Shown piece after piece: positions 1 to 8,132 of a stretch of DNA of 64,000 nucleotides (positions are counted from its first letter, which is position 1; the number at the start of each line of letters is the position of its first letter). Position numbers and translations under genes: made by a program. The stretch is from Sulfolobales archaeon (GTDB lineage Archaea; Thermoproteota; Thermoprotei_A; Sulfolobales; NBVN01). Location of the stretch: the NCBI GenBank assembly GCA_038831135.1, contig JAWBKW010000002.1:27214-91213 (forward strand). The letters run 5' to 3'. Under the pieces are notes generated by a model. The model was not told the origin of the DNA and did not search any database. It saw nothing but the letters and a program-made list of their open reading frames with translations.

Positions 1-42
1 ACAACTCCTATAGAAGGTCTTGAAAGAGGTAGTTTATGTATG

Positions 43-609
43 CTACTCAGCCTCATACACATCATCATACGCTATCTTAACTGCCTTAACATTAAGCTCT
101 AATAACTCACTATGTAGGTACTCACTAATACTCTGGATTATATGCTCTAATCCAACTATTCCAGTTACTTTAGAAAACGCCCCCAACATAGGCATATTAA
201 CCAACGACCACCCAGCAAAGAATAACCCAAGTTTCCTCACTATCTCACCAGCATTTATGTAGAAGACTCTATACTTATCACTTCCCTTAATTTTGAAGGG
301 AGTATTAATGATCACTATTCCACCTTCTCTGACGCTTTGGTGAATATCGATGAGGTCATACAACTTATGATCTAAGATCATAACTACATCGGATCGTATA
401 TTAAAGTATCTAGATCTTATTCTATGTTTTGAGATCCTAACAGATGCGGTGACTGGGGCACCCCTTCTCTCTGCACCAAAAAATGGATACGTCTGACTCC
501 ACAAACCAGCTATACATGCGGCCCTAGCTAATACGTTCGCCGCAGTTACTACTCCCTGACCACCTCTACCATATAACCTTATACTAACCTCTTTCTGATC
601 ATTAACCAC
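43..609 (-). CDS. 2-oxoacid (pyruvate/2-ketoisovalerate):ferredoxin oxidoreductase, gamma subunit
   Basis: 188-aa ORF. The IRLYGRGGQGVVTAANVLA and FGAERRGAPV motifs are hallmarks of POR/VOR gamma subunits. Confidence 0.8.
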   Translation of the reverse strand: MVNDQKEVSIRLYGRGGQGVVTAANVLARAACIAGLWSQTYPFFGAERRGAPVTASVRISKHRIRSRYFNIRSDVVMILDHKLYDLIDIHQSVREGGIVIINTPFKIKGSDKYRVFYINAGEIVRKLGLFFAGWSLVNMPMLGAFSKVTGIVGLEHIIQSISEYLHSELLELNVKAVKIAYDDVYEAE

Positions 610-742
610 TACAAATGTGAGAGCACCGTTTACAACTATGTTACGTAGAGTAATAAGCAGTGATTTACTTAAACATTAATTATAAATTTAAATATATTAG
701 TAAGATTTAAACATAAATCAATTGATACAGGAGTGTACGTAA

Positions 743-1318
743 ATGTCTGTAATACCATCATCAGACGAGATTAAGAGGATGAGGTTAGCTGTTGGATTAA
801 CACAGAAAGAATTAGCTAAATTAGCTGGTGTGAGTCAATCACTAATAGCTAGAATTGAGAAGGGGAGTGTAAATCCACGAATGAATACATTGAGGAGAAT
901 CTTAGATGCTATCAATAAAACGGCAAAAACCAATGAAAATGTTGAAAAAATTATGACCACACCAGTAATATCTGTTTATGTGGATACCCCCCTATCGCAA
1001 GTAATAGATATTATGGATGCCAGAGGTATATCGCAAGTACCCGTACTAGATAAGAGTAATAGAATTGTTGGTATGATATATGAATCAACATTATTGAAGG
1101 TTCTGAAATCGAAGAAAGATCTAAGGAAGTTAATAGCTCTTGATGTTATTGAACCTCCCCCACCACAAATACCTAAAGAGACTCCAATATCATTAGTTGA
1201 GTCACTACTACTAATTTACCCTGCTATATTAATTGTAGATAAAGATGGTGTTAAAGGGATAACAACTAAAATAGATTTAATAAAATATTATATAAAATCA
1301 TCAAACATTAGTACGTAA
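743..1318 (+). CDS. transcriptional regulator, XRE-type HTH fused to a CBS domain pair
   Basis: N-terminal HTH (LTQKELAKLAGVSQSLIARIEKG) is followed by CBS-like segments (VISVYVDTPLSQVIDIMDARGISQVPVLD ... GITTKIDLIKY). Confidence 0.75.
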   Translation: MSVIPSSDEIKRMRLAVGLTQKELAKLAGVSQSLIARIEKGSVNPRMNTLRRILDAINKTAKTNENVEKIMTTPVISVYVDTPLSQVIDIMDARGISQVPVLDKSNRIVGMIYESTLLKVLKSKKDLRKLIALDVIEPPPPQIPKETPISLVESLLLIYPAILIVDKDGVKGITTKIDLIKYYIKSSNIST

Positions 1319-1379
1319 ACATAGATTATTCATTAAATCATTGTTAACATTTATTGTTAGTAGTGGGATATAAATCCTA

Positions 1380-1401
1380 CTCCAAAAGAAATAAAGGGGT
1401 C
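1380..1401 (+). repeat. ORB-like box a: CTCCAAAAGAAATAAAGGGGTC
   Basis: Read directly from the sequence. A TAGTGGGAT box (1361-1369) lies 10 nt upstream. Confidence 0.6.
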
Positions 1402-1466
1402 ATCATATTTCTAAAAATCTAGGCCTTCGTATAATTAGGTATATTATCTAAGTTATGGTTGGGAAG

Positions 1467-1488
1467 GACCCCTTAACTTCTTATGGAA
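1467..1488 (-). repeat. ORB-like box b (minus strand): TTCCATAAGAAGTTAAGGGGTC
   Basis: Reverse complement of gaccccttaacttcttatggaa. Same 5-3-5-2-6 spacing as boxes a, c and d. Confidence 0.6.
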
Positions 1489-1614
1489 AGTAAAGATAAA
1501 AACAGATAAATATTATGGTTAGCTTTCTGGAAAAGTTTGTATAATTATCTCTAAATTAATAATTATCATCATCTCAATATATAACCCAAGATATAGGAAA
1601 TCTTCATCATATCA

Positions 1615-1636
1615 CTCCAAATGAAATGTAGGGGTA
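1615..1636 (+). repeat. ORB-like box c: CTCCAAATGAAATGTAGGGGTA
   Basis: Read directly from the sequence. Inverted relative to box b across the AT-rich spacer. Confidence 0.6.
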
Positions 1637-1715
1637 CCTGTGTAGTTAACATTAATAAATACCTAACTCCATACCTTGATCTAGTGATTACTTAGTTTAG
1701 TGGGATTAAAGTGGG

Positions 1716-1737
1716 TTACATATGAAATAGAGGGGTT
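1716..1737 (+). repeat. ORB-like box d: TTACATATGAAATAGAGGGGTT
   Basis: Read directly from the sequence. A second TAGTGGGAT box (1698-1706) lies 9 nt upstream. Confidence 0.55.
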
Positions 1738-1784
1738 TAAATCATTATACCCGTTATAATTATTCTGATTATATTATTCATCTC

Positions 1785-3119
1785 TTAAGATATCCAAATA
1801 CTTGTTGGTTTAGTAAAATTGCATCGTTTTTCTCTTCCATATCTACATAAAGGTTTAGTGAGGTGTTTCATCGTATTTATTTTTGTTATAAATAACTTGT
1901 TTATCTCTTCGTTAACATTTATTATCTCCTTACTTACGCCTCTGCTTTTAAATCCACATTTTTCACATTTAAATCCTTTATTATTACCTGCGGATTTCAT
2001 TCGTTTACCGCAGATTGGGCATTTAGGGTTATGTATGTACGTTCTGTTTTTTCTCTTTATAAAAATCTTCTCAACATTTATAACATTAGTTAAATCACTC
2101 CATTGTTTTACTGAACCACATAGAAACGCTTCATCATTTTCGTTCAATTCCTTTACTATTGATGATAGTGATGTCTCTTTATAAAATACTGCATAAATGG
2201 GTGGATCTTTATTAATTTTTATAATAATATCACCACCTCTTAAAGTTGTGGGTTTGGATTTGAAGGACACATCAACACATAATGTCCTATAAGGACGCAC
2301 CTCATTTATATCTCTTTTAATTAAATGTGAATCTGTTCCTTGATTACTTCTGAAGATCATATAACCGCTATAAGTCTCACATATATTCAATTCATTAAAA
2401 TATTTTATAAGTACCTCAGGATTTTCCCCTCTAATGCCTAGTAATACTGGATTACTACCATGTGGTGTTATTAAAACTGAGTTGCTTTCATAGTCGTAAT
2501 TATTAAATACGTAATCCTTATACTTTAGGTCAGCTTCTTTAACTGAATCACTAACTACACACCTATTACTATCATTAATTAAGTTACGATAAGCGATCAA
2601 CTCATATGTACAGTCAGTGCCTTGCATCCACCCAATAGCTGCAAGGGCCCCAATAATACCCCTGGAAATCCCTACAGGAAGCCTTAAGTTATACGTTTTA
2701 TTTATGATGTTTTTCACATAGTCTATATGTACATAATCTGTTAATGCTCTCATATATAGTTTATTAAGTACTTCCGGAACGTCACCTTCAATAACTGTAA
2801 AACCAGGTTCGCAACCATCCCTACCCTCATAACTTGATATATACCTATCCAGCATCCTAGTTATAGAATCAATTACGAATTCCTCATAATTAATGGGGAC
2901 TTTAAACCTTAGAGCAACTGCGGCGTTCCCTCTAGTCTTAAACGGTATTGAGGGATTTAACCTAACTAGGTTTGGATAATCTATGAATTCTATATCATTA
3001 TTTAATGAATAAATTAATTCCTTAACTACTTTATATGTAAAATGTGTTGTACATCCATTAAATTGTGAGTCTATATCATCAAACCCTATATGGAGTACTA
3101 TTCTAGAATCATTAACCAT
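1785..3119 (-). CDS. tiaS: tRNA(Ile2) 2-agmatinylcytidine synthetase TiaS
   Basis: 444 aa. N-terminal LHIGFDDIDS...GCTTH motif and C-terminal zinc ribbon CPICGKRMKSAGNNKGFKCEKCG, as in archaeal TiaS. Confidence 0.8.
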   Translation of the reverse strand: MVNDSRIVLHIGFDDIDSQFNGCTTHFTYKVVKELIYSLNNDIEFIDYPNLVRLNPSIPFKTRGNAAVALRFKVPINYEEFVIDSITRMLDRYISSYEGRDGCEPGFTVIEGDVPEVLNKLYMRALTDYVHIDYVKNIINKTYNLRLPVGISRGIIGALAAIGWMQGTDCTYELIAYRNLINDSNRCVVSDSVKEADLKYKDYVFNNYDYESNSVLITPHGSNPVLLGIRGENPEVLIKYFNELNICETYSGYMIFRSNQGTDSHLIKRDINEVRPYRTLCVDVSFKSKPTTLRGGDIIIKINKDPPIYAVFYKETSLSSIVKELNENDEAFLCGSVKQWSDLTNVINVEKIFIKRKNRTYIHNPKCPICGKRMKSAGNNKGFKCEKCGFKSRGVSKEIINVNEEINKLFITKINTMKHLTKPLCRYGREKRCNFTKPTSIWIS

Positions 3120-3135
3120 TCAATATCATCTAAAG

Positions 3136-3411
3136 CTACTTACGAACTCTGCCTTCAACAACAATCATCGTGAGTGTAGATCTAACCTTAGGTATTTTCC
3201 TTATCTTACTTGAAATTATATCCTTGAGTTCCTCAGTTGTAGGAGCATTCACCTTAATGACTAGGTCATATACGCCGTAGACGACATAAGCTTCAGTAAC
3301 ACCTTCTATGTTTGATAATAAATTAAGGACTTCCTCCTCTGAACCTATGTCTGTGTTAACAAGAACTATGGCTTCAGGCATTAGATCCCTATATACTCTA
3401 CACCTATTCAT
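3136..3411 (-). CDS. stand-alone Lrp/AsnC-type ligand-binding (RAM) domain protein
   Basis: 91 aa. The pattern AIVLVNTDIGSEEEVLNLLSNIEGVTEAYVVYGVYDLVIKV...STLTMIVVE matches the AsnC-type C-terminal domain. No HTH is present. Confidence 0.6.
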   Translation of the reverse strand: MNRCRVYRDLMPEAIVLVNTDIGSEEEVLNLLSNIEGVTEAYVVYGVYDLVIKVNAPTTEELKDIISSKIRKIPKVRSTLTMIVVEGRVRK

Positions 3412-3440
3412 TTATAAGTTTTTTAATAATTAAGAATTAG

Positions 3441-3968
3441 ATGGTTAGGATATTTGTAATTACTTACGGACATGATGATCCAAGGAAATGCTCAGCCCTA
3501 AAGATGATTAAATTAGGTTATGCTACTAAGGTAAGCGACATCCGTTTCCTCCCTAAGAATTGTCTAATCCTAAACCCCTACTCCAATAACATATTAACAC
3601 CTCTTGATGCAGAAATTATAAATAATTATGGTATCGCGGTAGTGGATGTTTCATGGAAGAATGGGTTAGAAGTTCTTAAGAAATTAAGCTATAGTAAAAG
3701 ACCTCAAAGGGTTCTACCATTGTTATTTGCAGGAAATCCGATAAACTATGCAGTTGCAACAAGATTAAGTAGTATGGAGGCAGTCGCAGCTGCCTTATAT
3801 ATAACTGGATTTAAGGACCACTCCCTAAGGATCTTATCAACGTTTAAGTGGGGGCAAACATTCTATAATTTAAATAAGGACTTACTGAACCTATATTCGC
3901 AATGCACATCGGTTGATGAGGTAATTAAAATACAGAATCAAATTCTTAGAAAATTCAATGATGGTTAA
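3441..3968 (+). CDS. tsr3: 16S rRNA aminocarboxypropyltransferase Tsr3 (DUF367)
   Basis: 175 aa. DDPRKCSALKM near the N-terminus and AVVDVSW ... LLFAGNPINY are typical of Tsr3. Confidence 0.8.
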   Translation: MVRIFVITYGHDDPRKCSALKMIKLGYATKVSDIRFLPKNCLILNPYSNNILTPLDAEIINNYGIAVVDVSWKNGLEVLKKLSYSKRPQRVLPLLFAGNPINYAVATRLSSMEAVAAALYITGFKDHSLRILSTFKWGQTFYNLNKDLLNLYSQCTSVDEVIKIQNQILRKFNDG

Positions 3969-4000
3969 GGTTTATCTGCTTCGATAAAACTTAGAAAATA

Positions 4001-4326
4001 GGTCCGGAGCCGGCTGGTGGTTACGGGGTGTAATCCCTGAGGAAACTCCGTCCTCCTCACGGCACCGGGACCTCGTAAGAGGTGCGGGGAGACCCGCGGC
4101 AACGGCACAGAAACGACACGCCCCACATCAAATGTCTATGATATGGTGAGGGTTAAGTAGTAATACTTGACCAGTAACCCATTGAGTATGATGTGGGGTG
4201 CGTTGAAACGGCCGACCCCCGGGGAGTAAGGCCAAGCAGTGTCTATGAATGCCGTGTGAGGCACGGGTAGGCCGCTAAGCCTAATCCACCTTAATACAGA
4301 AGACGGGTTATAGCCGGCACCGGACC
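4001..4326 (+). ncRNA. rnpB: RNase P RNA
   Basis: GC-rich island. The termini pair (ggtccggagccggc / gccggcaccggacc). CR-I-like gaggaaactccg, acggcacagaaacg and CR-V-like acagaagacgggttata are present. An internal AT-rich extended hairpin is closed by ccccacatca/tgatgtgggg. Confidence 0.8.
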
Positions 4327-4337
4327 AAATCCACTCT

Positions 4338-4568
4338 TTATTTAAGAATTATCCTGTTTCCCTTAATCTCTGCAGAACCCTCTAAAACTTCGCAAATCAA
4401 CATAATAGTTCCACTAGTATAAGATTTAACAACTTTAATCCCGGATACCGCTTTCAATATCTCCAATAATTTACCGCTTTCAAATTCTATACGATTCAAT
4501 AATTTACCATAATTATCATAGATATTTAATTCAACGTCATTATTAATAAACGCTATACATGTTGGCAC
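4338..4568 (-). CDS. hypothetical protein (76 aa)
   Basis: ORF only. No motif recognised. Confidence 0.35.
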   Translation of the reverse strand: MPTCIAFINNDVELNIYDNYGKLLNRIEFESGKLLEILKAVSGIKVVKSYTSGTIMLICEVLEGSAEIKGNRIILK

Positions 4569-4683
4569 GTCTAATACACCTAATCCTATAACACCATCAA
4601 TATATATAAACTCACTACTAATTTAATCTAGGTGTACAGTAGTAGTGGATACGTTCGTAAGTCACGGGTGTATGTAATGGGTA

Positions 4684-5013
4684 GTGAAGTCCAAGATCCT
4701 ATCAAAACATATGGTTATTATTTTATCCAATGGTGATATGTTGACTAAATACAGAAACTATAGAAACGTATATAATGTTGATGTGAAGCGTTTCAGTATA
4801 TACAACAACAACAGCATTAGTAAGGGGGAAATAAACGTAGGTGATGAGATAGATGTAATAGTGAGGGAGATGGATGAAAGTGGTAGGGGTGTAGGATTCT
4901 ACAGGGATTATAAAGTTTTAATACCTAAGGGATTCATAAACGAGAAGGTTAGGGTTAGGATCGTCAGGATCACTAATGAGGGACTTCAAGGTGTTATAGT
5001 TCATAGATACTAA
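4684..5013 (+). CDS. TRAM domain protein
   Basis: The C-terminal 65 aa (VGDEIDVIVREMDESGRGVGFYRDYKVLIPKGFINEKVRVRIVRI) fit a TRAM/OB fold. The true start may be an internal Met. Confidence 0.6.
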   Translation: MKSKILSKHMVIILSNGDMLTKYRNYRNVYNVDVKRFSIYNNNSISKGEINVGDEIDVIVREMDESGRGVGFYRDYKVLIPKGFINEKVRVRIVRITNEGLQGVIVHRY

Positions 5014-5037
5014 TTTTCTTAGTTAATTCATAAATTT

Positions 5038-5338
5038 AGCCTCACGTGGCTGTTTCGGGCTTCATAAAGGTTTACAAGGTTTGATGTAGGACGGTTTATC
5101 GTGGGTTGAGCCTGCCCGCAATGTAGGTAGGTGGTGAAGAACTGCGTGAGTAGGGCATCCAACACCAGGATGTGGGGGTTTCCCCGCAGTGATGAGCTCA
5201 ATGAAGGGGAGCTACGGGTTGGGGTTACCCCGAATGGGTGGGGGCCAATAACATGGGCGCCGATGAAAGGTGCCTCGAGATCTGTGAAGCCAAGGATTGA
5301 CAACAAACTACATCAACCAACATGGAACCCAAACCCCT
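5038..5338 (+). ncRNA. GC-rich structured RNA, unclassified (SRP/7S RNA is the leading guess)
   Basis: Roughly 300-nt GC-rich island in an AT-rich background, open in frames on both strands (track ORFs 5028-5306 and 5131-5340). A long-range helix pairs 5078-5089 with 5308-5318. Several local hairpins contain G-U pairs that work only on the + strand (ggcgcc/ggtgcc, cctgc/gtagg). I could not find the canonical SRP helix-8 motif. Confidence 0.45.
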
Positions 5339-5442
5339 GATCTTACACATTTATGTGAGTCTTAAATACGTAGGAATTATTTTTAATTGGGGTAGCAATT
5401 AAAAATAAGTTTTAGGAATTATGATTAAATAGGTATAAGTAA

Positions 5443-6441
5443 ATGTCTAATCAAGCACTCATAGAATTATTGTGGGTCGAGAAATATAGACCGAAGACCC
5501 TATCTGAAATCGTTAATCATGAAGATATTATTAAAAGATTGCAACAGTTTATTAAAGAGAAGAACATGCCTCACCTCCTCTTTGCAGGACCTCCAGGCAC
5601 AGGAAAGACTACGGCAGCACATGCGTTTGCTCATGACCTTTACGGATCTGATTACAGGATGTATATGTTGGAGCTTAATGCCTCTGACGAACGCGGTATC
5701 GATATCATTAGGGGTAAGGTTAAGGAGTTTTCTAGGAGTAAATTACCTACCAACATACCCTTCAAGATAGTATTACTTGATGAGTCAGATAATATGACTG
5801 CGGATGCTCAGCAAGCACTTAGGAGGCTTATGGAAATGTATGTTGATGTAACTCGTTTTATCTTAATAGCTAATTACCCGAGTAAAATCATAGAACCTAT
5901 CCAGTCTAGGTGTGCTGTATTTAGATTCATACCCCTTAGGAAGGAGGATGTGGTTAAGAGGTTGAAATGGATCTGTATGAATGAGGGTATTAGATGTGAT
6001 GAGGAGGGTTTGGAAGTTATTCATGAGATCTCCGAAGGTGATATGAGGAAAGCCATAAACATCCTACAAGCATCAGCTAGCATAGGCGATGTTAACGTAT
6101 CAAACGTACTTAAAGTGGTTGGGCTAGCTCATCCGAGAGAGATTAGGGAGATGATACAATTAGCTTTAGAAGGTAAGTTTATTGAGGCTAGAGATAAACT
6201 TCGTGAACTTATGATTTCTTACGGCATCTCAGGAACCGATATAGTTAAGCAAGTCCATAAAGAGATATTCGGATCAGAGTTAACTATACCTGAACCTCTA
6301 AGAGTTGAAATTGCTGACTACCTAGGTGAGATACAGTTCAGATTAGTTGAAGGTGCTGATGAGGAGATTCAGTTAAATACGTTGATCGCTAAGTTAGTCT
6401 TACTTGGGAGGGCAGCTAAGAGTATTAAGCCTATGAAGTAA
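5443..6441 (+). CDS. rfcS: replication factor C small subunit
   Basis: 332 aa. WVEKYRP box, Walker A GPPGTGKTT, DEAD-like LLDESD and SRC motif (IQSRCAVFRF). Confidence 0.95.
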   Translation: MSNQALIELLWVEKYRPKTLSEIVNHEDIIKRLQQFIKEKNMPHLLFAGPPGTGKTTAAHAFAHDLYGSDYRMYMLELNASDERGIDIIRGKVKEFSRSKLPTNIPFKIVLLDESDNMTADAQQALRRLMEMYVDVTRFILIANYPSKIIEPIQSRCAVFRFIPLRKEDVVKRLKWICMNEGIRCDEEGLEVIHEISEGDMRKAINILQASASIGDVNVSNVLKVVGLAHPREIREMIQLALEGKFIEARDKLRELMISYGISGTDIVKQVHKEIFGSELTIPEPLRVEIADYLGEIQFRLVEGADEEIQLNTLIAKLVLLGRAAKSIKPMK

Positions 6442-6453
6442 TGGGGTTAAAGT

Positions 6454-7845
6454 TTGAGGAAGCTACCTTGGGTAATAAAGTATAGACCTAAGAAATTAAT
6501 TGATGTAGTTAATCAAGAAAAAGCTAAAGAAGAACTTACTGAGTGGATAGAATCATGGCTTAAAGGTACTCCTAAAGAACGTGCAGTACTTCTCTACGGC
6601 CCACCGGGATGTGGAAAGACGAGCTTAACAGAAGCTCTAGCAAACGAGTACGGATTTGATTTTATTGAGATGAATGCTAGCGATTATAGAAGGAAGGTTG
6701 ACCTCGATCGTATTGCACGGGTCGCGGCACTTCAGAGAAGTATAACAGGTAGGGGTAAGCTAATACTACTAGATGAGGTTGATGGGATCTCAGGTACAGC
6801 AGATGTTGGTGCTCTAGAAACCATCCTAGACATAATTAAAATCACTTTTAACCCCATCATGATGACTGCTAACGATCCTTGGGACCCTAAGTTGAGACCT
6901 CTGAGAGATGCTGTAAAGCTAGTTGAGTTTCGAAGACTTACTAAAACAGATGTGAAGAAAGTACTCACGCGAATATGTAATGATGAGAAATTAGTGTGTG
7001 ATGAGGATGCCTTAGACTTCATTGCTGAGAGATGTGAGGGTGACTTAAGATCGGCGATCAATGATGTGGAAGCTGTTGCCGAGGGTTATGGTAAGGTCAC
7101 TCTCGAATTGGTTAAAAGTATATTAAGGCAAAGGGATAGAGAATACGAACCATTCGAAATTGTTAGGAAGATCTTCATATCTAAGTATGCATGGCAGGCT
7201 AAGCAAGTGACTCAGCAGACAGACCTAACACCTGACGAACTCATTCAATGGATTAATGAGAATTTACCTAGGCAAATTTCAGATCCTGAGGACTTATGGC
7301 GTGCATACGATTATCTCTCAAAAGCTGACGTTTATATGGGTAGGATAGTTAAAACAGGTAATTGGGACCTACTTTCATACGCTGTTGAATTAATGTCTGC
7401 GGGAGTATCACTATCAATAATCAATGATGTGAAAAGTAAGTATAGATGGGTTAAATACAGCTTCCCACAGAAAGTGTTGATAACGGCTAGAACTAAGGAA
7501 ACCAGACAATTAAGAGATGAATTATCTGAAGTAATAGCTAAGCATTTAAACATATCTAAGTCTGTATCTAAATCTGACGTTATTCCGTACATTAGGGTAA
7601 TTTTCAATTCTAATGCTGAGGTCGCAGCTAAGTTAGCTTTAAGTTTAAACCTGTCAGAAAGTATGATTAGGTACCTCTCACCTCAAAACTCATCTAGGAT
7701 TCTTGAAGTCATGAATAAACTTAAGACAGAACTTAGTAAAACTGGTGGGAAATCTAAGGAAGAGAAAATGAGTGAGAAGAGAAAAGACGTTAAAAGTGGT
7801 AGAGCTGGGACTCTAGACAGTTACTTCAGAAATAAATCCCGTTAG
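6454..7845 (+). CDS. rfcL: replication factor C large subunit
   Basis: 463 aa. PWVIKYRP box, GPPGCGKTS, LLDEVD and a basic C-terminal tail. TTG start. Confidence 0.9.
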   Translation: MRKLPWVIKYRPKKLIDVVNQEKAKEELTEWIESWLKGTPKERAVLLYGPPGCGKTSLTEALANEYGFDFIEMNASDYRRKVDLDRIARVAALQRSITGRGKLILLDEVDGISGTADVGALETILDIIKITFNPIMMTANDPWDPKLRPLRDAVKLVEFRRLTKTDVKKVLTRICNDEKLVCDEDALDFIAERCEGDLRSAINDVEAVAEGYGKVTLELVKSILRQRDREYEPFEIVRKIFISKYAWQAKQVTQQTDLTPDELIQWINENLPRQISDPEDLWRAYDYLSKADVYMGRIVKTGNWDLLSYAVELMSAGVSLSIINDVKSKYRWVKYSFPQKVLITARTKETRQLRDELSEVIAKHLNISKSVSKSDVIPYIRVIFNSNAEVAAKLALSLNLSESMIRYLSPQNSSRILEVMNKLKTELSKTGGKSKEEKMSEKRKDVKSGRAGTLDSYFRNKSR

Positions 7846-7859
7846 AGAAAGCTCCATCT

Positions 7860-8132
7860 TTAGTTGTTAAGTTCTCCGTTAAGGGTCCTTAACATTTCAT
7901 CTATATACCTCACACGTGGATTGACCCAATTAGGTCTGTAGATCTTAACCCTACCTAAGACGATCTCTTCGATAATATTACACGATTTTAAGTAATTAAT
8001 ATGTTTAGTAACTAATGTATAGTTAAGTCCCGTCTCTCTTATTATGGATGTTATGTTGATCTCACCATGAAGTAGGATAACTTTAAGTACCTTAACTCTA
8101 CCCTTGCTTGAGAATATATCTTCAAAACTCAT
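7860..8132 (-). CDS. small winged-helix (ArsR-like) DNA-binding protein
   Basis: 90 aa. RVKVLKVILLHGEINITSIIRETGLNYTLVTKHINYLKSCNIIEE fits a wHTH. Its start overlaps the orc1/cdc6 stop by 1 nt, so the two are likely co-transcribed. Confidence 0.55.
   Translation of the reverse strand: MSFEDIFSSKGRVKVLKVILLHGEINITSIIRETGLNYTLVTKHINYLKSCNIIEEIVLGRVKIYRPNWVNPRVRYIDEMLRTLNGELNN

Larger units (their letters stand above)
1319..1784. other. candidate replication origin (four ORB-like boxes flanking an AT-rich spacer)
   Basis: 466-bp non-coding gap with four copies of a 22-nt box. All share the layout yTmCA-N3-GAArT-N2-AGGGGT. The two inner copies are inverted around a very AT-rich spacer of about 125 bp (1489-1614). 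Confidence 0.6.

Noticed and set aside
1566-1612. Two ATGATGA (C-box-like) heptamers 32 nt apart on the minus strand within the origin spacer.
   Set aside because: No CTGA D or D' box sits at the required 12-nt spacing and no terminal pairing is present. In such AT-rich DNA the heptamer is expected by chance.
1819-2184. Track ORFs lying antisense or out of frame inside longer, clearly homologous genes. This one lies inside tiaS. The others are 20-262, 5519-5770, 6732-7061, 7332-7607, 9099-9389, 9763-10035, 12145-12327, 13544-13876, 14072-14344, 15570-15800, 16581-16769, 17428-17661, 17695-17892, 19047-19319, 21257-21556, 22212-22397, 22667-22927, 23033-23242, 24459-24641, 24748-24990, 29803-30129, 31982-32206, 33288-33485, 33681-33899, 35309-35503, 37790-37984, 39260-39475, 40366-40584, 42605-42793, 43151-43378, 47144-47365, 48941-49303, 51589-51828, 53756-54073, 55151-55753, 56212-56433, 56776-57105, 58542-58787, 59022-59378, 59823-60146 and 60447-60632.
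   Set aside because: Each is fully or largely embedded in a gene with strong family motifs on the other strand or frame. Their translations are low-complexity (Ser/Leu/Thr/Ile-rich) with no recognisable motif, so they are shadow ORFs.
5028-5340. Two mutually overlapping ORFs (92 aa on the minus strand, 69 aa on the plus strand) in the GC-rich island.
   Set aside because: Open frames on both strands result from the GC-rich, stop-poor composition. The region folds into helices with G-U pairs, so it is treated as an RNA gene rather than coding sequence.
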